From Hyphomicrobiales bacterium (GTDB taxonomy: Bacteria; Pseudomonadota; Alphaproteobacteria; Rhizobiales; JANPGK01): a stretch of 64,000 nucleotides of DNA. The notes under the pieces were generated by a model. It searched no databases, was not told where the DNA came from, and worked only from the letters and a program-made list of their open reading frames with translations. Below, one piece after another: positions 41,265 to 50,790 of the stretch; the stretch's first letter is position 1, and each line of letters opens with the position of its first letter. The stretch lies in the NCBI GenBank assembly GCA_031423895.1, contig JANPGK010000005.1:58683-122682 (forward strand). The letters are read 5' to 3'. The translations under genes and the position numbers were made by a program.

Positions 41265-41666
41265 ATGGTTGAGTATAAAATTAACGAGGCGATAACTGTG
41301 CCTCAATTTATCGACATCCTCGAACGCTCTCAACTTGCTAAGCGCCGCCCTGTGGGAAATATTTCGCGCATCACCAAAATGCTTGAGCATGGTAATTTGA
41401 CCATAACTGCATGGGACGAAAACAAACTTATAGGTGTGATGCGGGCGGTCACTGACTTTGCCTATTGCTGCTACTTATCTGAGCTGGCTGTCGATGTTGA
41501 ATATCAAAGCCACGGCATTGGAAAATCACTTTTGAATGCAACACACACCCATTTAGGTGATGGTGTGAGCATATTTCTATTGGCGGCACCAAATTCAGTG
41601 AGCTTTTACCGCCATTTTGGGCTAAAAAACGTCAGCAACGGATTTGTTTGGGGGCGAGAATTCTAA
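41265..41666 (+). CDS. GNAT family N-acetyltransferase
   Basis: GGAGG RBS; YLSELAVDVEYQSHGIGKSL acetyl-CoA motif; FYRHFG. Confidence 0.9.
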   Translation: MVEYKINEAITVPQFIDILERSQLAKRRPVGNISRITKMLEHGNLTITAWDENKLIGVMRAVTDFAYCCYLSELAVDVEYQSHGIGKSLLNATHTHLGDGVSIFLLAAPNSVSFYRHFGLKNVSNGFVWGREF

Positions 41667-41736
41667 CATTGGCTTGACTTACTCGATATAAAATTGCAAA
41701 TTTATAAGGCAGGCAATTATTTATAGCAGAGTTACG

Positions 41737-42255
41737 ATGAATATTTTAGGATTTTCGACTGAGAAGCAATCTGATTGTGCAACCCTTGCCGCTTTGGTAT
41801 TTTCAGCGGCTACAGCTATTGGCGTGTCTGTTTTAACGCGCCGTATACCGCCCAATTCATTTAATTATGCAGTGATTAAACATAATTTTGGACAAAAATC
41901 CTTAAGCAATAATATTTTGAATTTTTCAAAAATTTTGCGCGCATCTAGAGAAAGATTTGAAAAATTAATCAAAGGCGCGACAGAAAAAAAGAATGAGTAT
42001 TTAGAATTATTCACTGAAACAAAAAAAGCAATATCTAATTTAAACATAGAAATTAGTAAAAAAGACCCTATAAATGATAATAAAATAATATTATACCTAA
42101 ATACTTTAAAAAGCTCCGCATTGATAAGAACTAAATATTTAGCAGCGCAAATTGCTTCACTTGAAAAACGTTTATCTGAACTCAATCAAGATTTGATAAT
42201 AGCAGTCAGAAGTGAAAATAGAGCTGTACGTTTTGAAAAAAAGTCAAAAAAATAA
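41737..42255 (+). CDS. AT-rich orphan with N-terminal hydrophobic segment and coiled coil
   Basis: ATLAALVFSAATAIGVSVL followed by Lys/Asn/Glu-rich heptad-like sequence. Confidence 0.55.
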   Translation: MNILGFSTEKQSDCATLAALVFSAATAIGVSVLTRRIPPNSFNYAVIKHNFGQKSLSNNILNFSKILRASRERFEKLIKGATEKKNEYLELFTETKKAISNLNIEISKKDPINDNKIILYLNTLKSSALIRTKYLAAQIASLEKRLSELNQDLIIAVRSENRAVRFEKKSKK

Positions 42256-42257
42256 CC

Positions 42258-42461
42258 TCACGTCCCGCCGCGCATCCAAAGCATGAGGGGCTTCAGTATG
42301 GGTGCCCACACAACGCCTGCAAACATGAAAAAGGCAATTTGCACAGCCCAATGCTGCTGTGCCATGATGGGGCCAGCAAGTGTTGCGATTGCAACCATAT
42401 ACCCAAACACGAATACGACTAAAATAAATGAGCCGATCATAGCGCGATATTTGCGTTTCAT
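42258..42461 (-). CDS. DUF2842-like small two-TM protein
   Basis: MKRKYRAMIGSFILVVF...FAGVVWAPILKPLMLWM; ATGA overlap with rlmB. Confidence 0.75.
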   Translation of the reverse strand: MKRKYRAMIGSFILVVFVFGYMVAIATLAGPIMAQQHWAVQIAFFMFAGVVWAPILKPLMLWMRGGT

Positions 42462-43324
42462 TTGAGCTCCAATGCGGTACGGGCGCGCTCGAGGGAAAGC
42501 ACGGCGGCGTTGGATACGTTGAGGCTTTTGATTTTGCCAGGCAAATCGATCCGCGCCAATACATCGCAAGTATCGCGGGTTTTCTGGCGCAAACCTTTGC
42601 CCTCAGCGCCGAGCACCAGTGCCAAAGGTGCACGAATTTTGGTGTGTGCCAAATCGGCTGGGGCTTCCGAATCCAGCCCCACACATAAAAAGCCTTGATC
42701 CTTGAGTTCATCCACTGTGCTGCTGAGGTTTGTCACGCGGATCCATGGGACCAGCTCGAGTGCACCCGATGCCGACTTGGCCAATACACCCGTTTCGAGC
42801 GGACTAAAGCGATGGGTGGTGATGATGGCGCTCACATCAAACGCAGCTGCAGTGCGGAAAATTGCGCCAATATTATGTGGGTCTGTCACCTGATCAAGCA
42901 CAAGCACAATTGCGGCATGGGGCAATTGAGAAAAATCGAGAAACTCCAGCGGCGCGCATTCCAGCACCATGCCTTGATGCACCGCGTCGGGCGTGAGCAT
43001 TTTATCAAGCGCCTTAACGGGCATAATTTCAATTGGGCAGCCAATGGTGACATTCGCCTCGTTCAAGCGATTTTGCCCATTTTCGCTGGCGTATAAGCGA
43101 TACAATGTGCGATTTGGGTTGGCCAATGCCGCACTTACACTATGCAGTCCATAGATCAACACGCTGCCTTCATGCAATATGCGCGCACCTGTTGATGTGG
43201 GCGCTGGCTTTGCACCAAACGGCTTTCGAGGCGCGCCATATCGTGCGGTTTTATCGTAAGTGCCACGCCCGCCGCCATCGCGCCCTCGACCTGCACCACC
43301 CTCTTTTGAAAATCGTTCCCGCAT
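42458..43324 (-). CDS. rlmB: 23S rRNA Gm2251 methyltransferase (TrmH/SpoU family)
   Basis: LDQVTDPHNIGAI, LVLGAEGKGL, SLNVSNAA. Confidence 0.92.
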   Translation of the reverse strand: MRERFSKEGGAGRGRDGGGRGTYDKTARYGAPRKPFGAKPAPTSTGARILHEGSVLIYGLHSVSAALANPNRTLYRLYASENGQNRLNEANVTIGCPIEIMPVKALDKMLTPDAVHQGMVLECAPLEFLDFSQLPHAAIVLVLDQVTDPHNIGAIFRTAAAFDVSAIITTHRFSPLETGVLAKSASGALELVPWIRVTNLSSTVDELKDQGFLCVGLDSEAPADLAHTKIRAPLALVLGAEGKGLRQKTRDTCDVLARIDLPGKIKSLNVSNAAVLSLERARTALELK

Positions 43325-43387
43325 ATGAGCTCCTGTGGCCAACACTATACAGGTGTGGCCACAATAATCGAGTGAAATTATTAAAGA

Positions 43388-44053
43388 TTATCGACGGGGG
43401 CTGCGCGATACGCGCTCAATTTCTTCACGCACCAAGCGCTCCACTATGGAGGGCAGATTTTGATCGATCCAAGATTTAAGCATGGGGCGCATCATTTCTG
43501 TCACAATATCATCTAATGTGCGACTATTATTGGCTAAAATCACGTTTGATAAGGCATCAAATTGCGCTGAAACAGTTTGCCCAATGTCATAATGTTGTTG
43601 CGGTTTGGGTGCAGGCGCAGGCGGCGCTTCGTAGCGCATTTGAGGGGCAGCTGGGGCTTGCGGCATTACAAATGCGGGCGCCACAGCAACGGGTTCAGGC
43701 TCAGGCTCGGGCTCTTCGTCCGCCTCCGCAAAAATAATATCACTTTCATCTTCAGGAATTGACATTTGCGCGACAGGAGCATCTTCAGACGCCATGTCGT
43801 CTGTCAATTCAAATACATCTTCAACGACGTCCTCTTCAATGCTCACAGCATCAAATGGATCGATTTCTGCTACTGGTTCTGCAGGCGCATCCTCCATTTC
43901 AAACGCCGCCATTGCAGCGTCAATTTCCGCTTGTGAATTTGATTCCGGCTCTGGCACTGGCACAGCTACAGGCTCATCATCTGAAATGATTTTGCGAATA
44001 GACGCCAAAATGTCTTCCATTGATGGTTCGGCAGCAGCTCCAGCTTTACTCAT
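43388..44053 (-). CDS. popZ: Polar organizing protein PopZ (DUF2497)
   Basis: EPSMEDILASIRKII, acidic Pro-rich middle, RTLDDIVTEMMRPMLKSWIDQNLPSIVERLVREEIER. Confidence 0.92.
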   Translation of the reverse strand: MSKAGAAAEPSMEDILASIRKIISDDEPVAVPVPEPESNSQAEIDAAMAAFEMEDAPAEPVAEIDPFDAVSIEEDVVEDVFELTDDMASEDAPVAQMSIPEDESDIIFAEADEEPEPEPEPVAVAPAFVMPQAPAAPQMRYEAPPAPAPKPQQHYDIGQTVSAQFDALSNVILANNSRTLDDIVTEMMRPMLKSWIDQNLPSIVERLVREEIERVSRSPRR

Positions 44054-44200
44054 ATTGCACCCCATTGTGTCATTTCACGCGCTCAACAGACACATCACGC
44101 ACGAATCATACATAATACTATTGTGCTGCGCTGTGCCACCCATGTGCAATACCATAGCCCATTTATAAAGTGGTTATGCACAGCTGTGCAGATGTTGTTA

Positions 44201-44887
44201 TTAAAACACAAATTGGTCTGGCGCTTCAAACCCCGGCACCACAGGGGCGCTGGCTTCAAACAAAGTGGTGCGGCTCACATTGCCATCAGTTTTGATAAAC
44301 CGTGTGACGCTGCCCATATGCCCCGCACCAATGATAGTCAGCAGCTGACCACCTTCGGAAATTTTATCTAATATAACTTGCGGCACAGCATGAACACTGC
44401 CTTCTATGATGATGATTTCAAATTGCTTTTGCATTTCTGGCGCCTCAATGCCGCATTCTACAACGGGGATTGAAACAAAGCCGGTGCTGGCCAAGGCGTT
44501 GCGGGCAAATTGCGCAATTTCAGGGTGGCTTTGCACAGCCACCACCTGCGCGCCCATATGAGCGAGTAGTGCCACACTATAGCCAGTAGCGGCGCCATAC
44601 ACTGCAACGGATTTGCCGTTCACATTTGGCAATGCTTGCAGAATTTTCCCCAGCACCAATGGCGCCAGCATAAAGCGACCTGCCCCAATTGATATGATGC
44701 TGTCGCTGTAGGCAATGCTTTGAGACGCGGCAGGCACAAAAGCACCGCGCTGAACGCTTAAAAACGCATCAAGCACAGGAGCAGCGAACACGCCCGCCGT
44801 GCGCAATTGATTATCCACCATATGCGTGTTGAGCACGCTGGCGTGGAGTGTGTTCAGTTCGGAAGTTTTAACAGCCGTTTTTGGCAT
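44201..44887 (-). CDS. pcm: Protein-L-isoaspartate O-methyltransferase family protein
   Basis: HMVDNQLRT, VQRGAFVP, GAATGYSVALL, IIIEGSV; usual neighbour of popZ. Confidence 0.82.
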   Translation of the reverse strand: MPKTAVKTSELNTLHASVLNTHMVDNQLRTAGVFAAPVLDAFLSVQRGAFVPAASQSIAYSDSIISIGAGRFMLAPLVLGKILQALPNVNGKSVAVYGAATGYSVALLAHMGAQVVAVQSHPEIAQFARNALASTGFVSIPVVECGIEAPEMQKQFEIIIIEGSVHAVPQVILDKISEGGQLLTIIGAGHMGSVTRFIKTDGNVSRTTLFEASAPVVPGFEAPDQFVF

Positions 44888-44965
44888 GGATTCGCCCCTA
44901 TTGGATGTATTATCTATTGTCAAACCTGTGCACACGTCAAGCTAAACTCGAAATAATTTCAGCGA

Positions 44966-46243
44966 TTACATCTTCCACATTGCAGGCGTTTGCGGCATTT
45001 CAATTTGTTGCGCTAAAATGCGCGGGGATCGTTTGTGGACAATATCCTCTAACAATTGCAATGTTCGCGGCAGGCAGATGTTGTCCATATCATAATGATC
45101 AATAATATATTGCCGTGCAGCCTTGCGGATATGTGCAAATTTCTTAGGTTTTTCAAGCACTTCTATCACCTGTGTGGCGATCTGCTCATGCGAGAAGAAA
45201 TCGACCAGCAATCCATTTTTGCCATGCTCAATCACTTCCATCACTGGCGCGGTGGCAGAGCCAACAATGAGCGCTTCACATGCCATCGCCTCAAGCATGC
45301 TCCATGACAATACAAACGGAAATGTGAGGTAGACATGCGCACAGGTGATTTGCAGTAGTGCCGTGAAGGCATCATGCGGAATGCTCCCAACAAAATGCAC
45401 GCGAGAGGTGTCGATTGGCACTTCGCGTACCATTTTTTCCTGCCAGCTGGGCGCATCCATCGGCGGGTTACCATATGAGATGCCGTGCGCGCCAACAATC
45501 ACCACATGAGCTTTGGGTCGCGCTGCCAAAATTTCAGGCAATGCACGCATAAAGCTGGGGAAGCCGCGATATGGCTCTAAATTGCGACCCACATGGGTGA
45601 TCACCTCATCGCCTTGCTGTAATTTGGTGCCATCTGGCAATGTAATCCGCACAGTTTTCTCCGGCGGAGCAGAAAGCGAAGTGCGCACGCCCTCATGGAT
45701 AATGGCGGTTTTGTCCTTAATAAATTGCGGATGCAAACTGAACTGCCATTTGGTGGGCGTAATGCAATAATCGGCCTGCTCGAGCGCCAAAATCAACCGC
45801 GCATTTTTCGCCCGCACCGCATATTCATGCCATAATTGCGAGGAGCCAGGGACAAACCCAACATCGGCGCCTTTGCCACGATAGAAAAACTCGGTATACG
45901 CCAAATAGGGCACATCGGGGTAAACATCTTTGATAAATAACCCCTCGCCCCAACCCGGGTGGCAGCAAATTATATCAGGCGTATAGCCATCATTTTTTAG
46001 CTTCACCAATGCTGCAGCAGCAGATTCCCCATATGCGCAGGCTTCTTCAAAGGAAATGAGCAGTGGATTTTCTGAGGTTTTATGCTTTTTTTCAGGCGTA
46101 TGGAACGTGTAGCGCGCCCCCCCAACGTGTTTATTTTTGTGGGTGCCCATAATCAATACATCATTGGCGGGGTCTTTGGCCAAATGCCCCGCGATATGCC
46201 GCCACTGCCCTGGCGCATTTTGATGGATGAAGAGATATTTCAT
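44966..46243 (-). CDS. Glycosyltransferase family 4
   Basis: [40 protein letters not shown]. Confidence 0.9.
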   Translation of the reverse strand: MKYLFIHQNAPGQWRHIAGHLAKDPANDVLIMGTHKNKHVGGARYTFHTPEKKHKTSENPLLISFEEACAYGESAAAALVKLKNDGYTPDIICCHPGWGEGLFIKDVYPDVPYLAYTEFFYRGKGADVGFVPGSSQLWHEYAVRAKNARLILALEQADYCITPTKWQFSLHPQFIKDKTAIIHEGVRTSLSAPPEKTVRITLPDGTKLQQGDEVITHVGRNLEPYRGFPSFMRALPEILAARPKAHVVIVGAHGISYGNPPMDAPSWQEKMVREVPIDTSRVHFVGSIPHDAFTALLQITCAHVYLTFPFVLSWSMLEAMACEALIVGSATAPVMEVIEHGKNGLLVDFFSHEQIATQVIEVLEKPKKFAHIRKAARQYIIDHYDMDNICLPRTLQLLEDIVHKRSPRILAQQIEMPQTPAMWKM

Positions 46244-46364
46244 ATTCGCTCGTTTACACTCACACGCTACTTATTGCTTATCACACGATTCGGAAGCTGT
46301 TGTGCCACGCATAAAATGCGTTTGGCATTTGATTTTGCATCAAATCACAGATAATCATACACAG

Positions 46365-46598
46365 ATGAAATGGCTACTCATCATTCCTATCAAATTGTAC
46401 CGCATTTTTCTGTCGCCGCTCACTGGGCGATGGTGCCGATTTGAACCCACCTGCAGCTGCTATGCGATAGAGGCTGTGGAAAAGCACGGGGTCATTCGCG
46501 GTGGTTTACTCATGATATGGCGCATTGCCCGCTGCAACCCGTGGGGCGGGCATGGCTATGACCCCGTGCCAGATGTGTTGACGAAATTAAAAAAATGA
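46365..46598 (+). CDS. yidD: Membrane protein insertion efficiency factor
   Basis: [35 protein letters not shown]. Confidence 0.93.
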   Translation: MKWLLIIPIKLYRIFLSPLTGRWCRFEPTCSCYAIEAVEKHGVIRGGLLMIWRIARCNPWGGHGYDPVPDVLTKLKK

Positions 46599-46660
46599 GA
46601 TATTGCCTATTATACTAAAGACTAAAATGTCGTAAACCTTATTTTATTTTGGAGATGATA

Positions 46661-47047
46661 ATGAGCACAATTCAAGAAACAATGGAACTTATTAATGCGC
46701 AGGCACAAGAATATTGGAGCAACACAAGTAAAAAACCACCGTTTTTTGACAGTTGTATTAATAAATTTAAAAATTTGCCCAATGAAGGCGACAAACTCGC
46801 TGTTAAAACTAAAATAATGACTGATGCAATTAAGGCACGTAACGATTATAACATAAGCACTGGAGTGAATGAATTATCGCATGGCACTACTGGCGATATT
46901 CGCACAAGAAAGTTAGCAGAGTTTCTTGAGGGACTTTATAAGAAAATTTCAAAATTAAACGTGTGGGTAGGCCTTGTGGTATTGGCAGGCTTGGGAATGT
47001 CGATAGTTAACGGCAAAAATTCAAATATAAACTCACCAACTTCATAA
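46661..47047 (+). CDS. Orphan tail-anchored protein, tandem copy 1
   Basis: GGAG RBS, AT-rich, C-terminal VWVGLVVLAGLGMSIV plus NGK tail. Confidence 0.7.
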   Translation: MSTIQETMELINAQAQEYWSNTSKKPPFFDSCINKFKNLPNEGDKLAVKTKIMTDAIKARNDYNISTGVNELSHGTTGDIRTRKLAEFLEGLYKKISKLNVWVGLVVLAGLGMSIVNGKNSNINSPTS

Positions 47048-47055
47048 GGCACATT

Positions 47056-47390
47056 ATGCAATTCTCAGACCCCACATGGAATCTACGCGAATGTATTTTT
47101 ACGGCAAAAAAAATGTTGAGCTTTTTGGCATGAAATTTGCTGATGCAACACAAGGGCTAAAAGTGCAGTTTGATCAATTGCCTATTGAAAAAAAACCTGT
47201 GATTACAGCGTATATTGCTGAAGAAGTAAATAATGAAGCGCTCGCGAATAACCTACTGGTGCGCAATGATAATTTTTGGAAAAAGCTCTCAAAATCATTT
47301 GGCCTAAAAGCCATCGCTGGCCTTGCTATTTTTGCGATGGTTGCACATTGGTCAATGCAAGCGTTAAATAAGGATACTTCTAATACGTAA
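47056..47390 (+). CDS. Orphan tail-anchored protein, tandem copy 2 (probable frameshift at CCCC 47070-47073; internal ATG at 47076)
   Basis: GGCACATTATGCAATTC matches the copy-3 start GGCACATGCAATTC. C-terminus LKAIAGLAIFAMVAHWSMQALNK. Confidence 0.6.
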
Positions 47391-47405
47391 CAAAAGGAGC
47401 GGCAC

Positions 47406-47861
47406 ATGCAATTCAATAATCCTGGTGATTATATTAATTTCATAACGGACTATGCTGAAAATTGCACAAAATTTCCTAATAATGTTACTGAGCCAGAATT
47501 TCTTAAAATTTATGAAGGTTACACATCATTGAGTAAACCTGCACAAATAACTGTAAGGAACTTTGTAGAGAACCAAGTAAAAACTGTTGCTACTATCAGT
47601 AATATGGCTGCGAACAACCGAGATTTGGCACTTTTGATTGCTAATAATAACACAAATACCCTAGCTGTTACTGCAGCCATCGGCTCTGTTGAAACTGCTG
47701 CCAAACGCAACCATTTCTGGAGTGCCTTTGCAAATTTGATTCGAAAAGGTGGGGATTTCAATGGCAGTTATTATTATTCAATTGCTACAGCCGCACTTGC
47801 TTTTGTGGGGCTTTCTGTGCTGAATAGGGGCGTAAAACCCACTGATTCAGAAACAGCATAA
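47406..47861 (+). CDS. Orphan tail-anchored protein, tandem copy 3
   Basis: AAGGAG RBS; C-terminus NGSYYYSIATAALAFVGLSVLNR. Confidence 0.72.
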   Translation: MQFNNPGDYINFITDYAENCTKFPNNVTEPEFLKIYEGYTSLSKPAQITVRNFVENQVKTVATISNMAANNRDLALLIANNNTNTLAVTAAIGSVETAAKRNHFWSAFANLIRKGGDFNGSYYYSIATAALAFVGLSVLNRGVKPTDSETA

Positions 47862-47864
47862 GCA

Positions 47865-49799
47865 ATGATCACACTCTCTCTCGCAAATGGCACAACGAAA
47901 CAATTTGAAGCGGGCATCACAGGGTTTCAACTCACGAAAGACACAGACGTGCCACGCCCACTTAAGCGCCCTGTGGCCATGTTGGTGGATGGCAATTTGT
48001 GCGATTTGGGCGACAGCCTGCACGCCGATGCGGCGGTGGAGCTTGTCGATCGGTTCGACCCTCGCTGTTTAGAACTCATCCGCCACGATTGCGCCCACGT
48101 GTTGGCTGAGGCGGTGCAAAGCCTATTCCCCAGCACGCAGGTCACCATTGGCCCTGTGATTGAAAACGGCTTCTTCTACGATTTTGCGCGCGATAAGCCA
48201 TTTTCGGTGGATGATTTCGCCGCCATTGAAGCCAAAATGAAGGATATTGTGAAGGCAGGCGCCCAATTTAAAAAAGAAATTTGGAGCCGCGACCAAGCCA
48301 AAACCTATTTTGCCAGCAAGGGCGAGCATTATAAGGTGGAGCTGGTGGACGCCATTCCTGAGGATCAATCCCTGAAAATTTATCGTCAAGGCGACTGGCT
48401 GGATTTGTGCCGCGGCCCACACATGACCAATGTTGGCGAAGTGGGCACAGCCTTCAAATTGCTGAAAGTGGCGGGTGCCTATTGGCGCGGCGACAGCAAA
48501 AACGCCATGCTCACCCGCATTTATGGAACAGCATTTGCCACGCAAGAGCAGCTTGATGAGCATTTGCACAATTTGGAAGAGGCCGAGCGCCGCGACCACA
48601 GGCGCCTTGGCACCGAGATGGACCTGTTCCACTTCCAACATGAAGCGCCAGGCAGCGTGTTTTGGCACCCCAAGGGCTGGACATTGTTCCAAACCCTTGT
48701 GGACTATATGCGCCGCCGCCAGCTGGCCAATGGCTATAAAGAGGTGAACAGCCCCGATATGATGGACCGCGCCTTGTGGGAAACCTCTGGCCACTGGGAA
48801 AAATATCACGAAAATATGTTCATCACCCAAACTGAGGATGAGCGGATTTTTGCGTTCAAACCCATGAATTGCCCCGGCCATGTGCAGATTTTCCGCAATG
48901 ATTTGAAAAGCTACCGCGATTTGCCCTATAAAATGGCGGAATTTGGCAAAGTGCATCGGTATGAACCTTCAGGTGCGCTGCATGGATTGATGCGCGTGCG
49001 CAGCTTCACACAAGACGATGCCCATATTTTTGTGACCGAAGACCAATTGCGTGATTCAATTCTCGAAATTAATGAGCTGATCCTGTCAATTTATGAGGAT
49101 TTTGGCTTTCCTAACATTCGCATAAAATTCTCCGACCGCCCCGAAAAGCGGATCGGCGCCGATGATGTGTGGGATAAATATGAAAACGCCCTGCGCGGCG
49201 CCATTGAAGCCAGCGGCAAACCATGGACACTGAACAGCGGTGAAGGCGCGTTTTATGGGCCGAAGCTGGAATATGTATTGCGCGATGCGATTGGCCGCGA
49301 TTGGCAATGCGGCACCGTGCAGGTGGATCCCAACCTACCCGAGCGGTTTGGCGTCACCTATGTGGGGCCAGATGGCAACCGCCACACCCCTGTGATGATT
49401 CACCGCGCTATGTTTGGCTCGCTCGAGCGCTTCACGGGGATATTGATTGAGCATCTTGCGGGCGCCCTGCCCTTGTGGCTTGCCCCTGTGCAGGTGGTGG
49501 TGTGCACCATCACGCAGGATGCAGATGAGTATGCACAACAGGTGCTTGAAGCCTGCAAAGCCGCTGGCCTGCGGGTGGAACTTGACGTGCGGAATGAGAA
49601 AATCAGCTATAAAGTGCGCCAACACATGCTGCAAAAAGTGCCTGTGGTGCTGGTGTGCGGCAAGTCGGAAGCGGCGGAAGGCAAAATCTCGGTGCGGCGT
49701 TTAGGTTCACAAGACCAAACCGTGCTGCCGCTTAGCGAGGCCTTGGCCATCATCGCCGATGAAGCCACTCCACCAGATGTGAAACGCGCGCGCGGGTGA
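47865..49799 (+). CDS. thrS: Threonine--tRNA ligase
   Basis: TGS domain, [35 protein letters not shown]. Confidence 0.98.
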   Translation: MITLSLANGTTKQFEAGITGFQLTKDTDVPRPLKRPVAMLVDGNLCDLGDSLHADAAVELVDRFDPRCLELIRHDCAHVLAEAVQSLFPSTQVTIGPVIENGFFYDFARDKPFSVDDFAAIEAKMKDIVKAGAQFKKEIWSRDQAKTYFASKGEHYKVELVDAIPEDQSLKIYRQGDWLDLCRGPHMTNVGEVGTAFKLLKVAGAYWRGDSKNAMLTRIYGTAFATQEQLDEHLHNLEEAERRDHRRLGTEMDLFHFQHEAPGSVFWHPKGWTLFQTLVDYMRRRQLANGYKEVNSPDMMDRALWETSGHWEKYHENMFITQTEDERIFAFKPMNCPGHVQIFRNDLKSYRDLPYKMAEFGKVHRYEPSGALHGLMRVRSFTQDDAHIFVTEDQLRDSILEINELILSIYEDFGFPNIRIKFSDRPEKRIGADDVWDKYENALRGAIEASGKPWTLNSGEGAFYGPKLEYVLRDAIGRDWQCGTVQVDPNLPERFGVTYVGPDGNRHTPVMIHRAMFGSLERFTGILIEHLAGALPLWLAPVQVVVCTITQDADEYAQQVLEACKAAGLRVELDVRNEKISYKVRQHMLQKVPVVLVCGKSEAAEGKISVRRLGSQDQTVLPLSEALAIIADEATPPDVKRARG

Positions 49800-49822
49800 G
49801 ATTCTCTCATGCTACCTACACA

Positions 49823-49852
49823 GCCTCATGGTCGGGCTTGACCCGACCATCC
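49823..49852 (+). repeat. REP-like hairpin next to the GIY-YIG gene 3' end
   Basis: GCCTC-ATGGTCGGG-CTTGA-CCCGACCAT-CC; perfect 9-bp stem. Confidence 0.85.
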
Positions 49853-49855
49853 ACC

Positions 49856-50143
49856 TCACCAATTTAACGTCTCATACAAATCATCCCAACGAGGATTCGT
49901 CGTTTCAATCAGTTCGACTTTCCATTTTCGATACCAACGTTTGATATTTTTCTCACGTTGAATGGCAGTTGTCATCAAATCATGCGATTCAATATACACC
50001 AATCTATGAACACCATATTTTTTGGTAAACCCTTCATAAAACTTCTGTTTATGTAAATAAATGCGGCGCGGTAAATCCCGCGTTACACCTGTGTAAATCG
50101 TGCCATTGCGCTGACTTGCAACGATATAAACCCAAAAGGACAT
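49856..50143 (-). CDS. Small stand-alone GIY-YIG nuclease (YhbQ/SLX1-like)
   Basis: VYIVAS..NGTIYTGVT.DL.RR..H, LVYIE, AIQREKNIKRWYRKWK..LIE..NP.W.DL. Confidence 0.92.
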   Translation of the reverse strand: MSFWVYIVASQRNGTIYTGVTRDLPRRIYLHKQKFYEGFTKKYGVHRLVYIESHDLMTTAIQREKNIKRWYRKWKVELIETTNPRWDDLYETLNW

Positions 50144-50162
50144 ATTTATATTTTAGTATTCT

Positions 50163-50192
50163 GGATCCCAGTGTCAAGCACTGGGATGAGGC
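50163..50192 (-). repeat. REP-like hairpin upstream of the GIY-YIG gene
   Basis: Minus strand reads GCCTC-ATCCCAGTG-CTTGA-CACTGGGAT-CC. Confidence 0.85.
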
Positions 50193-50213
50193 CTCACGTG
50201 TAAGCTTTATACC

Positions 50214-50244
50214 GCCTCATCCTCGGGCGAAGACCCGAGAATCC
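50214..50244 (+). repeat. Second REP-like hairpin upstream of the GIY-YIG gene
   Basis: GCCTCATC-CTCGGG-CGAAGA-CCCGAG-AATCC. Confidence 0.78.
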
Positions 50245-50251
50245 ATCTTAA

Positions 50252-50662
50252 TCACACCACTTCGTTATTCGCCTTCTTATCAAACAACCCCATCGCCCAT
50301 GCACCGCCTGCCATAACGGCAAGGCTGATGAGGGATTTAAAAGATAATGTATTAGCGGCTATAGGCCAATTTGGAATGTGTGTTTTTATTTTCAGACCAA
50401 TTGTCTTGTATTCTGCAAAGATGATTTGCTCAATATCATCTTCTTTATAAGTCCTATCCAGAACCTCATTCCAATTGGCCACATTGCGTGATGTTGGATT
50501 TCTCTTCTGTGCCAAATAGGCTGCCTTATACTCAGAGTCATCTTGTGTAGCATTGGCTAACACTTTCAAAGTCGCAGCCTTAGCATGAAATAACACGATC
50601 AGTTCATCGACAGACTCTTTACCAGTTAATCCAGAACTGGGAATAGGTGTTATATCCTGCAT
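50252..50662 (-). CDS. Orphan tail-anchored protein (about 136 aa)
   Basis: ATG at 50662 after GAGAG; C-terminus FKSLISLAVMAGGAWAMGLFDKK. Confidence 0.68.
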   Translation of the reverse strand: MQDITPIPSSGLTGKESVDELIVLFHAKAATLKVLANATQDDSEYKAAYLAQKRNPTSRNVANWNEVLDRTYKEDDIEQIIFAEYKTIGLKIKTHIPNWPIAANTLSFKSLISLAVMAGGAWAMGLFDKKANNEVV

Positions 50663-50790
50663 TTTTCTCTCTATTATGTGTATGAATATCGTCAAAAACA
50701 TAGCCATGAGTACAACATCTCCAATACATGCCACACTTTTTGTCGCATTTCAACACCCCGTTAACGAAGCTTTGCTAGACTCTGTTCACC

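Noticed and set aside
43325-43387. tRNA genes often found beside rlmB
   Set aside because: The gap is too short, and no cloverleaf or T-loop motif was seen here or elsewhere in the window.
48123-48956. Long antisense or alternate-frame ORFs (also 10432-11064, 15570-16259, 38191-38823, 54150-54692)
   Set aside because: They overlap well-identified housekeeping genes and have no recognisable motifs; they are shadow ORFs from codon bias.
49823-50244. CRISPR array interpretation of the hairpin repeats
   Set aside because: The repeats are non-identical, in mixed orientation and not regularly spaced, and there are no cas genes.
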